Below the pieces are notes generated by a model. That model made no database searches, was not told the DNA's origin, and saw nothing but the letters and a program-made list of their open reading frames with translations. Source: a virus. From it: DNA of 48,697 bases. The DNA lies in IMG/VR virus record IMGVR_UViG_3300045988_103716; one strand, 5' to 3'. Of this stretch, positions 33,866 through 42,178 are shown in pieces (positions within the stretch are counted from its first letter, which is position 1; the number at the start of each line of letters is the position of its first letter). Position numbers and translations under genes: made by a program.

Positions 33866-33911
33866 CTTTTTTAGTACATTTTGTATGTTTTTAAACTGTA
33901 TATGATACTTT

Positions 33912-34955
33912 TTATAAGAATCTTCCATAAGGTGAAGTGTTGATACCTTTGGCGTTTAATTTACCGGCTTTCATCCAACGGCGCTCACCAGATGAAGCTG
34001 AAAGCCATGAGATCCATACGAATCCTTCACGTCTTACATATCCATCATAATGTACGGACATACCAGAAGCGTAGATCAATCCAGTATCCACGCCCTTCTC
34101 AGTAGGCGCCTTGCGAATCTTAAGATTGCAGTTTGGATAGAAAGTAGCGTTTTCCTTTACAAAGTCAGAAGGTATACTGTTCAACACTGTAAGAGTGCTG
34201 GACGCAGTCCCTCCAGGAATATGCGGATCTGAGTCAATACCGGCATCGTTTGTCCATCCAGTACCATTATTCAACAAATAAGGATGTTCGGCTCCGGCAA
34301 TAACTCTTGTGATTGTTCCGCTCCAGTCACCTGTATATTTTTTACCGCCTTGCGACTGTGTCCAAAGTGTATTTGTGCATACCTTGGTACCGACTCCATA
34401 TTTACAAGTTGGTTTTGATGTAGCAGACGGAGTCTGTACATTCGCACTGGATCCATCCAGTTTAGCATTGACTTCTTTAGCCAACTGAGGCATGCGAGCT
34501 TCAAGCCATGCACCAGGGCAGGCAGTAGCGGCATACATCTTATGCATTGTAAGTGATCCAGAACTTGTGCCTGTGTAATTCAATCTAAAGCCATAGCGTT
34601 TGCAGATATCTACGCAAAGGTTTACTAATGCATTCCATGTAGCCTGAGTCATTTCTCCAGTCGCGTTATTAATATTTCCGCACTCGATCGTAATAGCCTG
34701 AGAGTCGTTCCACCATGACGAACTTGTCCATGCAGCATTCTCTTCGTCTACTGAGCAGGCAATGTCTCCATTGATACCAATACAGTAGTTTGAGGATGCC
34801 TGACGTTGATTTCTAGCAAAGTAGTCAGCGCATTGTCTTCCACTCCATGCAGCAGCCATATAATGTGGCGTGATTTTACAGATTTTATTTCCAAAACGAC
34901 CGGTATAGTGCTGCGTAGTTCGGTTGCAGTAAGTAGCTAATCTTGAATAGGACAT
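33912..34955 (-). CDS. Endolysin: N-acetylmuramoyl-L-alanine amidase (Amidase_2-like) with C-terminal SH3b-like repeats
   Basis: ITPHYMAAAWSGRQCADYF...SSNYCIGINGDI...AITIECGN catalytic region. The C-terminal wall-binding part contains two SH3-like segments. Confidence 0.75.
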   Translation of the reverse strand: MSYSRLATYCNRTTQHYTGRFGNKICKITPHYMAAAWSGRQCADYFARNQRQASSNYCIGINGDIACSVDEENAAWTSSSWWNDSQAITIECGNINNATGEMTQATWNALVNLCVDICKRYGFRLNYTGTSSGSLTMHKMYAATACPGAWLEARMPQLAKEVNAKLDGSSANVQTPSATSKPTCKYGVGTKVCTNTLWTQSQGGKKYTGDWSGTITRVIAGAEHPYLLNNGTGWTNDAGIDSDPHIPGGTASSTLTVLNSIPSDFVKENATFYPNCNLKIRKAPTEKGVDTGLIYASGMSVHYDGYVRREGFVWISWLSASSGERRWMKAGKLNAKGINTSPYGRFL

Positions 34956-35044
34956 ACTTGATCAGCTCCTTCTTCTAAGCCATTGGAAAGTTCTTCTTGA
35001 GTTTCTTTCGGTAAATCTTCAAATTTGATTTCATTTTCTTCCAT
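34937..35044 (-). CDS. Possible 35-aa acidic protein overlapping the endolysin start
   Basis: AGGAGG lies 7 nt before the ATG at 35042-35044. Translation MEENEIKFEDLPKETQEELSNGLEEGADQVCPIQD. Confidence 0.35.
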   Translation of the reverse strand: MEENEIKFEDLPKETQEELSNGLEEGADQVCPIQD

Positions 35045-35056
35045 GATTCTGTCCTC

Positions 35057-35467
35057 CTAATTCTTCTCGACTAAAAAGTCCTGGATTTCCTTTCGTGTAG
35101 CCTTTAGGCTTTCTTTATCATCTTCCGATAGCATTCCATCAAGGATGGCCATGTTCGCCTTTAACATCAGATCGCCTCGCTTCTTGTCCTCTTCCAACCG
35201 ACCATCATGATCTGATAGAATGCGAGTATGCTCTTCTAATTTGCGATTGATACCTTCCTGATTCAGTGTTATCTTCTCAAGCGAATTCAATCGCTCGTTA
35301 TCACGGTGCAATAATTCTGTATGTCTCTTCACTGTTTCCTTAAGATCATCGCTTGGCTTTTTTAGTTCCTTGATAATCTTAACAGTTGCCCAGACAAGAC
35401 CAATAAAAGTAAGACACCAGACGATCTGTTCACTAGTAATCACAAAGTTCATTACCAGTGCCCTCAC
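35057..35467 (-). CDS. Membrane-anchored coiled-coil protein in lysis cassette
   Basis: N-terminal TM (IVWCLTFIGLVWATVKII) followed by a charged coiled coil. Stop/start overlap with the holin gene. Confidence 0.45.
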   Translation of the reverse strand: MRALVMNFVITSEQIVWCLTFIGLVWATVKIIKELKKPSDDLKETVKRHTELLHRDNERLNSLEKITLNQEGINRKLEEHTRILSDHDGRLEEDKKRGDLMLKANMAILDGMLSEDDKESLKATRKEIQDFLVEKN

Positions 35468-35703
35468 TAATTTTCTTTCGCTTCTTCATCTTCAGTATAA
35501 GGTGAATCTACTTCTGGCAATCCAGCTAAGGATGTAAGAATAGATAAGATACCGGCTAAGATTGTACTAGACACAGCCACTTTGATATCTACCTGTTCCA
35601 ACAACTGAGATGTTCCAATCATAGCAATCAATGTTTGACACATAGTTTTCAAGCAACGTGTCAAAGCGGCATTCCACCAGTCTGCAGATTTTAAATATTT
35701 CAT
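35467..35703 (-). CDS. Putative holin
   Basis: 78 aa with two hydrophobic segments and an acidic C-terminus, just upstream of the endolysin. RBS GAGGAGG. Confidence 0.6.
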   Translation of the reverse strand: MKYLKSADWWNAALTRCLKTMCQTLIAMIGTSQLLEQVDIKVAVSSTILAGILSILTSLAGLPEVDSPYTEDEEAKEN

Positions 35704-35726
35704 GTTTCTTTCCTCCTCTTCACAAG

Positions 35727-35752
35727 AAAAAAGAGCCTAACAGTGTAGGCTC
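35727..35752 (-). terminator. Intrinsic terminator immediately upstream of the holin gene
   Basis: Minus strand reads GAGCCTA-cactgt-TAGGCTC followed by TTTTTT. Confidence 0.65.
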
Positions 35753-35757
35753 CTGAC

Positions 35758-35889
35758 TTATTCAGTCACTAAATCTTCACAGCCACTATCGATCAACAAT
35801 TCTTTAACTTTGTCTTTCAATAGTCTAGGTACTTCTTTGTATTTCTTTTTACCTAGCATGATCTGTTGTGCCCATAACATAGCCATCAT
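35758..35889 (-). CDS. Small 43-aa protein (XkdX-position analogue)
   Basis: AAAGGAGG lies 7 nt before the ATG at 35887-35889. Translation MMAMLWAQQIMLGKKKYKEVPRLLKDKVKELLIDSGCEDLVTE. Confidence 0.45.
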   Translation of the reverse strand: MMAMLWAQQIMLGKKKYKEVPRLLKDKVKELLIDSGCEDLVTE

Positions 35890-35933
35890 GTCCCTGCCTC
35901 CTTTCCCTGAGAATAAATAAATGAGACTCGCTA

Positions 35934-36302
35934 TCATTGATATACCAGCTCACTCATTTCCAGAACACACTGTGTCAGCATGTCATTCTGGTCCTTTAGA
36001 TCCTGGATCTGTTCTTCCAGTGTCTTTGGTTTTGGATCTTCAGTAACTTTCGGCACATAGTCTAAATATTTTTCTGGATGAGCCTTTAGATTTTCTAGAT
36101 CCAGGTTTTCTTTCTTTTCACAGAACTCCGCATAATCATAGTAATAAACCGTATGCTTTACATTCTCTTCGTTGACGGACTCAGGATAGCTGATTTCTAC
36201 TTCTTCCTTTACTACTTCATTTAAATAAATGTAAACATAGATATTGTCATCAAATTCCTTGAGTTCTAAGTTCGGTTTCTGCTCGTAAAATCTTATATTC
36301 AT
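35934..36302 (-). CDS. Acidic hypothetical protein downstream of the RT
   Basis: Preferred start is the ATG at 36300-36302 (MNIRFYEQK...). Overlaps the RT 3' end by 53 nt. Not Avd-like, being acidic and not a basic helical bundle. Confidence 0.45.
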   Translation of the reverse strand: MNIRFYEQKPNLELKEFDDNIYVYIYLNEVVKEEVEISYPESVNEENVKHTVYYYDYAEFCEKKENLDLENLKAHPEKYLDYVPKVTEDPKPKTLEEQIQDLKDQNDMLTQCVLEMSELVYQ

Positions 36303-37380
36303 TTGAAACAACCTTTCTAGCTTTTCTGAACAAAGCATATAAACTGTTACCCTGCATAAATGATAAAGAATCTGAATGTTCCAGAATCCCTTTGAAGCTT
36401 AGAAGTCGTTTTGCCAACTTAAAACTCTTTGGTTTTCTCTTAAATCGAAAGCAGGCTCTTTTTATCTTTTTGAAAGTACCTCTTCTCACTGTGATATGGT
36501 CTCGATAGATACGATATCCCATCATATCGATAAAAGAGTCCTCTGTGATCTTAAAGCATCTCCAAGAGTCCTTTACGGCAAGTCCCATTTCTTTTAAGGC
36601 CTGAATAATCACCTGAGCCGCTAACATCAGATTTCTTGAATTGGATCCAAGAATAAGAATGTCATCCATGTAAAAAAGGGCATGCAACACTAGCATTACC
36701 CTTTTAATGGTTCCATCTTTTTTATGTCTTTCTCTGTATAGACGTTCCTTGATCATGTGATATAGATCAGATAGATACAGATTGCCTAGATACTGTGATA
36801 AATAGCTTCCTATGCTTAGTCCTTTCTTGAATGTATTTACCAGGGTCTCAACAAGCCATAATAAAGGCTCATTTTTAACATGTTTTCTAAGCCAGGCCAT
36901 CAGTTTTTCACGTGGTATAGACTCATAGTATTTACGGATATCAAATTTACAGGCGTACTGAACTTCATATTTTCCGTTTACTTTCTTTCTGAGCCATCTT
37001 TGAATAGCATAGGCACCGTACAATTGTCCTCGTTTAGGTATACTTGCACATTGATAGGTTCCAATTCTTTTGATCAATTCTTTCAGACCTTCTACTGCAA
37101 TGTAGTCGTACATTTGTTGCTTGATATCCTGTATTCCTATGGTTCTCATCTTCTGTGATCCTGAGTCATACTTATTCTTGTACCATATTGGTAACAGTTC
37201 TAAATTTCTATTTAGCAATTCATTTTGTAAAGCAAGACTGATATTCTCAATATTTCCATACTGTTCAAAAATACGTTTTATATCGTATCTGTCTTTACTT
37301 TTGCCTTTAAGGCATTTACATACTGATTTTTGAATTAAATCAATATTTGTAATATCAACGTCCTTACACAATCGTTTCAT
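36250..37380 (-). CDS. DGR-type reverse transcriptase
   Basis: Motifs KFDIRKYYESI (A), GLSIGSYLSQYLGNLYLSDL (DGR-specific IGxxxSQ) and LFYMDDILILG (YMDD). GGAGGTG RBS. Confidence 0.9.
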   Translation of the reverse strand: MKRLCKDVDITNIDLIQKSVCKCLKGKSKDRYDIKRIFEQYGNIENISLALQNELLNRNLELLPIWYKNKYDSGSQKMRTIGIQDIKQQMYDYIAVEGLKELIKRIGTYQCASIPKRGQLYGAYAIQRWLRKKVNGKYEVQYACKFDIRKYYESIPREKLMAWLRKHVKNEPLLWLVETLVNTFKKGLSIGSYLSQYLGNLYLSDLYHMIKERLYRERHKKDGTIKRVMLVLHALFYMDDILILGSNSRNLMLAAQVIIQALKEMGLAVKDSWRCFKITEDSFIDMMGYRIYRDHITVRRGTFKKIKRACFRFKRKPKSFKLAKRLLSFKGILEHSDSLSFMQGNSLYALFRKARKVVSNEYKILRAETELRTQGI

Positions 37381-37488
37381 AATACACCTCCGATTGCTGT
37401 ATAAATAGGTTTTCTGCTTTATGCCTACTAGCCTATGTTTCTTTAATACAAATTTTACGTCACGAAATCCTCGTCAACGTTAGCCTTT

Positions 37489-37512
37489 AAAAAGGGCTCC
37501 TTCTAGAGGAGC
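37489..37512 (-). other. Terminator-like hairpin in the TR-RT spacer
   Basis: Minus strand reads GCTCCT-ctaga-AGGAGC, then CC, then TTTTT. Confidence 0.5.
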
Positions 37513-37553
37513 GAAACATGGTTTAGTGTTTAAATATTTGTTTTATGCAATAT

Positions 37554-37648
37554 GCCGCGAGATAGTTCCACCTGGTATTCGAAAGGCCGTTCCTGCAATT
37601 CAGGTAAGAAAGACCAGCATTACCGGCATTCCTGAGATTACCGCCCAT
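37554..37648 (-). repeat. DGR template repeat (TR)
   Basis: The core 37558-37648 aligns with 37762-37852 at 77/91 positions. All 14 mismatches are at plus-strand T (coding-strand A) of this copy. In the VR frame it encodes eight AAY Asn codons. Confidence 0.9.
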
Positions 37649-37706
37649 GGGAACCACCTACCATGAGTCCTGTATAATTATTTACTATGAGATTACAATT
37701 CTTTGG

Positions 37707-37729
37707 CTAAGGGGGCGAGCCCCCCTTAG
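37707..37729 (-). promoter_or_regulatory. GC-rich hairpin/cruciform downstream of VR
   Basis: ctaaggggg-cgagc-cccccttag: 9-bp perfect stem and 5-nt loop, 22 nt past the target stop codon. No U-tract follows. Confidence 0.6.
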
Positions 37730-37750
37730 AATCCCCCGATTGAAACAAAA

Positions 37751-39307
37751 TCAATCGGCCACGAGAAAGTCCCACCAGGCAATCGAAAGGCCGCCCCTGC
37801 AATCCAGGCAAGAAAGACCAGCACCACCGGCATCCCCGAGATAACCGCCCATAAGGTATTCTCTGAATCCACTTGTTTGAGATCCTCCAGCCCAGCACAT
37901 ATCACCAATTCCCTGTGCTTCTCCTGATCCCTTTGCAGAAGGGTACCATACACCTTCTGGGTGAGCTACATCGCCAATCCAGAAGTCAGATCCGTTCTTG
38001 CCAGGATTTGGAATTATTCCTACTTTCTTATAAGTATTCTTTATTGTTGTTTCATCTGTAGTATGATCCGTTCCTCTTGGTGCATAGTAAACATCTTTAG
38101 AGCTGTCTGCATTGAAGAACATTACTGTATCACTGGCTACCTGATAGCCACCTACGTGATATTCAATTCCTTGGATACGATATGGATGGGCAGAGTCTGT
38201 ATTTGATACAGGTGAGCCATCGTGATGACCTATTACAGCATCTGTAGCCCCTGCTCTGTAGTGCATACTCGTTAAGTACACAGAATTTCCACTTACGGGA
38301 GCTGTTGCGAAGGCCTCACAGTCTAAGTAAACACCGTAAGTTGTGTCGTTTATTTTTTCTACCTTTGTTACAAGTACGTCATCTGCGTATGCATGCAATG
38401 TGCTTACACTTCTATCTAGATTCGATGCTGCTGCATAACCAACAGATGCATAAGATCCAACTTTCACTTTATCTTTGTCTGCTACACTAACAGGGAAGTA
38501 TTTATGTTTATCTGCAGATTCCACGGTTGCCTTTAACTGAACACTGTAGTTCGTACACCCACCAAACACTTTCTGCACATTCTTTTGTGCATGCTTGATA
38601 GCCAAGAAGATCTGTGCAAAGGTCATACGGTTTGATCCAGCGCCCCAGTATCCTTTTCCCTTTTTCTGATAATTCGTAATCATATTTGAATAAGACTGGT
38701 CTCTTGCCGGCTTCAGGCCTGGCTGAGATCTCAACAGTCCATCAGAGGCAATTCCGCTAAAGAAACGCGACTGTACAAAGTAAGGCATCACCGTTCCATC
38801 TGCACGCTTTGCCATGCACCATGGTTGTAATCCTAAAGCATGGTTTGGCGAGTCTGAAATCAATAACTCTGTATAAGCTTCCGTTTCAATCTCTTTATAA
38901 TAGAAAGTCATCTGTAGGGATCCACAGTCAACGGATCCAGTCTCCTGATAAGCTCCATCACCTAGCATTGCTGTAGGATAGGCAAAACCGTCATCATATC
39001 TTTTATAGTTGCATTCATACCATTGGAATAGTGGAATATCTGCATAGTCATCTTTACCTTCAACTGTATCTGTACTAGGCTGACAGACAAGTCCAGTGTT
39101 ATCTCTAGTCTTTTCACAAGCACTGGTTGGGTTTGAAGCAAACTTCCAGATTTTCGTTCCATAGACCTTTCCATTTCTTATAGACGAGAAAAGTTTGTCA
39201 AAGTACTCTGCAGAATATTTTTCATAGCCTGGAACCACTGCTTCTAGAGCACTGGCTACACGTTGAAGCGTAGCCTCTGTGGCAATTCTTTTATTCATTT
39301 CTGACAT
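37751..39307 (-). CDS. DGR target protein: tail fibre / receptor-binding protein with C-terminal variable (C-type-lectin-like) region
   Basis: 518 aa, the last gene of the tail module. The VR covers the last ~33 codons (...MGGYLGDAGGAGLSCLDCRGGLSIAWWDFLVAD). Confidence 0.8.
   Translation of the reverse strand: MSEMNKRIATEATLQRVASALEAVVPGYEKYSAEYFDKLFSSIRNGKVYGTKIWKFASNPTSACEKTRDNTGLVCQPSTDTVEGKDDYADIPLFQWYECNYKRYDDGFAYPTAMLGDGAYQETGSVDCGSLQMTFYYKEIETEAYTELLISDSPNHALGLQPWCMAKRADGTVMPYFVQSRFFSGIASDGLLRSQPGLKPARDQSYSNMITNYQKKGKGYWGAGSNRMTFAQIFLAIKHAQKNVQKVFGGCTNYSVQLKATVESADKHKYFPVSVADKDKVKVGSYASVGYAAASNLDRSVSTLHAYADDVLVTKVEKINDTTYGVYLDCEAFATAPVSGNSVYLTSMHYRAGATDAVIGHHDGSPVSNTDSAHPYRIQGIEYHVGGYQVASDTVMFFNADSSKDVYYAPRGTDHTTDETTIKNTYKKVGIIPNPGKNGSDFWIGDVAHPEGVWYPSAKGSGEAQGIGDMCWAGGSQTSGFREYLMGGYLGDAGGAGLSCLDCRGGLSIAWWDFLVAD
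37758..37852 (-). repeat. DGR variable repeat (VR)
   Basis: See TR. The 3' end (CTCGTGGCCGAT) differs from the TR (CTCGCGGCATAT) at non-A positions, as expected for IMH versus IMH*. Confidence 0.9.
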
Positions 39308-40203
39308 AGATATCCTCCTTCATCAACATAAAGACCTAAGCTGTCAAAGGCCTCTAATTTCTGATATATATCTTCCTTGTTTTTAAAATCTGCAAGCGAC
39401 TTTGCAGCTGCAGTCTCACTAGCCTTGGCCTTGGTAGCGGATGCCGCTGAAGCATCTGCACTATTCTTAGAACTAGTTGCGCTAGTAGCCGAAGCTCCGG
39501 CAGAGTTGCTTGCATTCTTAGCTGAGTTAGAAGCAGAAGTTGCCGAGTTCGCTGCGTTAGTGGCTGAAGTACTTGCTCCTTTTGCAGAACTACTAGCAGA
39601 AGAAGCAGAAGCAGAAGCCGCACTTGCGCTAGATTTAGCTTGATCAGCAGACGTCTTAGCAGCTTTCTCACTGTTAGCCGATGCCGTTACTGCTTCATTT
39701 ATCTTTAACAAAAGATTTGTGATAGTCTCATCTGTTTGTTCGTCTACGTGAGTTTCATCAGGTTCAATTCCTTTTGGAACTGTATGTGTTGATCGTACTG
39801 TATTCCAGTCTGTCTTTTTAAAGCCACTTACTTCATTCTTTGAACGTACACAGACTAGGAGATTGACATCACCTGCATACAGGAACACTTTTGAGGACGG
39901 CTTCCAGTCGAAGTAACAATAACCATCCTGTACCTTTTTATTAAGTGCTACATCGTATCCTTTTTCCTGATTTGCGTTTAAATAGTTGATTTGGATTTCC
40001 TGTTCGCTTAGCTTAATAGCATCCGTGACATTGTCAACAAATTTAAAATGAATCAATCTAGAATCCTGATCGCCGCTGACACCTAGAAAAAAGTTTTCAT
40101 TTGGAAATATCAACTTACGTGTATCTGGATCTATAGTTACATAGCCTTCATCTTCATTCTCAAGAGCCTGTGTACTTAGATTTTCATTTAGAGTTAACTC
40201 CAT
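39295..40203 (-). CDS. Tail/baseplate-associated structural protein with Ser/Ala-rich low-complexity linker
   Basis: 302 aa. The N-terminal beta-rich domain is faintly BppU-like. The central ~90 aa are SAASASASSASSSAKGASTSATNAANSATSASNSAKNASNS... Confidence 0.4.
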   Translation of the reverse strand: MELTLNENLSTQALENEDEGYVTIDPDTRKLIFPNENFFLGVSGDQDSRLIHFKFVDNVTDAIKLSEQEIQINYLNANQEKGYDVALNKKVQDGYCYFDWKPSSKVFLYAGDVNLLVCVRSKNEVSGFKKTDWNTVRSTHTVPKGIEPDETHVDEQTDETITNLLLKINEAVTASANSEKAAKTSADQAKSSASAASASASSASSSAKGASTSATNAANSATSASNSAKNASNSAGASATSATSSKNSADASAASATKAKASETAAAKSLADFKNKEDIYQKLEAFDSLGLYVDEGGYLCQK

Positions 40204-40205
40204 AG

Positions 40206-40487
40206 CTAGCTCCTTTCTTTAATTTTTAAAGCATTACGAGAAGAAAAGATGATATCACCACTTCTTTCAATCTGGATCTTGTAGTCATAGATTCCAGGTA
40301 ACAGATAATCTGTATTGAATTGAATGCACATGTCTACCAGTGCAAAAGATAATATTTTCTTCTCATTTCGTTCTAACGTAAAAAGAACTCTTTCATCCTT
40401 GGAAGGAATAAACAGAGTTCCATCGTTATTTTTTATGATAAGAGCCTCATTAAAGGCTTCTCCCTGTACAATTTCTTTGATTTGCAT
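40206..40487 (-). CDS. Hypothetical small structural-module protein
   Basis: 93-aa ORF in the tail module. Confidence 0.4.
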   Translation of the reverse strand: MQIKEIVQGEAFNEALIIKNNDGTLFIPSKDERVLFTLERNEKKILSFALVDMCIQFNTDYLLPGIYDYKIQIERSGDIIFSSRNALKIKERS

Positions 40488-40495
40488 AAAGCCTC

Positions 40496-42178
40496 CTAAT
40501 CAATACGCTTATAGGCATATACAGTTTCACTAAACATATTTGTTGATCCTATTAATTGCCAAGAACCAGCTAAAGAATACGGAGGAAACCATACAGCTAT
40601 ATCATTTGTATTCGTTGTTAATATCACTGTACCGATAGGATATATCTCATCCCATATTCCTTTATCATAGAACTGTCCGTTGGAATAAATGTTATTGGTG
40701 AAATTTACAATACCACTAAATTCAACGTCCATGTGTACATCTATCTGTTCATCTTTATTTGTGCATGGACCACCAAAAGATAAGGAGTGCCCATTTGCCC
40801 CAAACTCAATCAAGGCGTATGAAACAGGAACTTCGATTTCCCGTGTATACGTAGTAAAATAATCCGAAATAATCAGCCTGAATTTAAAGCTTTTGTTCTT
40901 GTCATACACTACAGCAGGAATATATTTGGCACAATTTGCGTATGGATCTGACGCGGTTACATCATATGAACCTTTTTCGTAATCTGAATAATCAATCAAT
41001 CTTTTCCATGATTTACTTGAGTCCTCATATTGCTGGATTTCAAAAGAGGCTGTGTTTTTATTGTTTACAGGCGAAACCTTGTAAGCAAATTTAAATAGCA
41101 CGTTTTCTCCATCATCTGTCAGTTCCAGCGCTTCGTTCACTCGATAGGCTTTACAACCAGGTAGATCCGGACTCGAATATGGATATATCTGAACGGCTTT
41201 AGTTGCTGTAGCACTACGCCCTCTTGAATCTTGAACAGTAATATCTACTGTCAATTTGCCTGAAACGTCAATTATTCCAGTGCTTACACTCGTTCCTTGA
41301 TAGGTGTTTCCATTAAACAATATAGAACAGGAACTAATGGAAGATCCTGACACTCCTGAGCAATCCGTCTTGATTTTTAACGCAGATTTATGCTGCACAA
41401 AACATTTAAATTTGTCAGCTAACCCCGCCGTAATTTCAGTTATTGAAACGTCCGATATACTAGGCACATAGCTATCTGGTATAACCGCGGTTAAGCTAAC
41501 ACTCTTATCACCACCGACTTGGGTATTGCCATTGTATGTCTTACAGACAATATAAACGGCTCCTTCAGTACTAGTGGTAATGGATTCTGCTAAACTAGTA
41601 GGTAAAGTCCATATGGCTGTAGACTTTCCCTTTACAAAATCATCTATATGTACTAGATCCTTATTGTTTAGACTGTAATACAGCTTATGTGAAAAATCAG
41701 AGCTATATGGCTCCATAGTGATTGAAACATTTTCGCCTATGTTTACTCTAGGTTTAGAAAGTGTAGGTATAGTTTCTCCACGTGTACCATATGCAAAGCT
41801 TGCCGATTGCACAGATGACTGTCGGCCCGAATTTCCATCGTTGAAATACATGTATACACTTATATTCAGATTACCAGCACCATCATCAACGTTAACCTTA
41901 AACGAGCTACCTGAAACGTAATACCAGGTTCCAGCGTTGTGTGTGCTAGCGCCAAAGGTAGCCGAGTATCTTGATGATCCATCAACAGTTATATAGCAAT
42001 CAACGGCAGCATAGGCACCACCAGGAGAGCGGTAACCCCAATAAGGAGTAACTGTAGCGTAGGTATCACCATAATTACGAGTTACAGTAATCTTACACCA
42101 ACCTTGATTGGAAACAGTCCAGCCACTTCCATATGTATTCCATACAGGTATATTTATTTCTTTAGCTGTACTTGACAT
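40496..42178 (-). CDS. Tail/baseplate protein (possibly DUF859-like)
   Basis: 560-aa beta-rich protein following Tal. Confidence 0.4.
   Translation of the reverse strand: MSSTAKEINIPVWNTYGSGWTVSNQGWCKITVTRNYGDTYATVTPYWGYRSPGGAYAAVDCYITVDGSSRYSATFGASTHNAGTWYYVSGSSFKVNVDDGAGNLNISVYMYFNDGNSGRQSSVQSASFAYGTRGETIPTLSKPRVNIGENVSITMEPYSSDFSHKLYYSLNNKDLVHIDDFVKGKSTAIWTLPTSLAESITTSTEGAVYIVCKTYNGNTQVGGDKSVSLTAVIPDSYVPSISDVSITEITAGLADKFKCFVQHKSALKIKTDCSGVSGSSISSCSILFNGNTYQGTSVSTGIIDVSGKLTVDITVQDSRGRSATATKAVQIYPYSSPDLPGCKAYRVNEALELTDDGENVLFKFAYKVSPVNNKNTASFEIQQYEDSSKSWKRLIDYSDYEKGSYDVTASDPYANCAKYIPAVVYDKNKSFKFRLIISDYFTTYTREIEVPVSYALIEFGANGHSLSFGGPCTNKDEQIDVHMDVEFSGIVNFTNNIYSNGQFYDKGIWDEIYPIGTVILTTNTNDIAVWFPPYSLAGSWQLIGSTNMFSETVYAYKRID

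Larger units (their letters stand above)
36250..37852 (-). mobile_element. Diversity-generating retroelement cassette: VR - hairpin - TR - spacer - RT
   Basis: RT with DGR-type motifs, plus a TR/VR pair showing adenine-only mismatches. Confidence 0.9.

Noticed and set aside
36250-37380. Alternative identities for the reverse transcriptase (retron, group II intron, Abi-type RT)
   Set aside because: No intron RNA domains or maturase/endonuclease region, and no msr/msd-like inverted repeats. The IGxxxSQ motif and an adjacent adenine-specific TR/VR pair fit a DGR.
37647-37953. Small ORFs 37647-37844 (+), 37707-37898 (-) and 37726-37953 (-)
   Set aside because: Alternative-frame readings of the GC-rich TR/VR and hairpin DNA. 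They overlap the well-supported DGR target gene.
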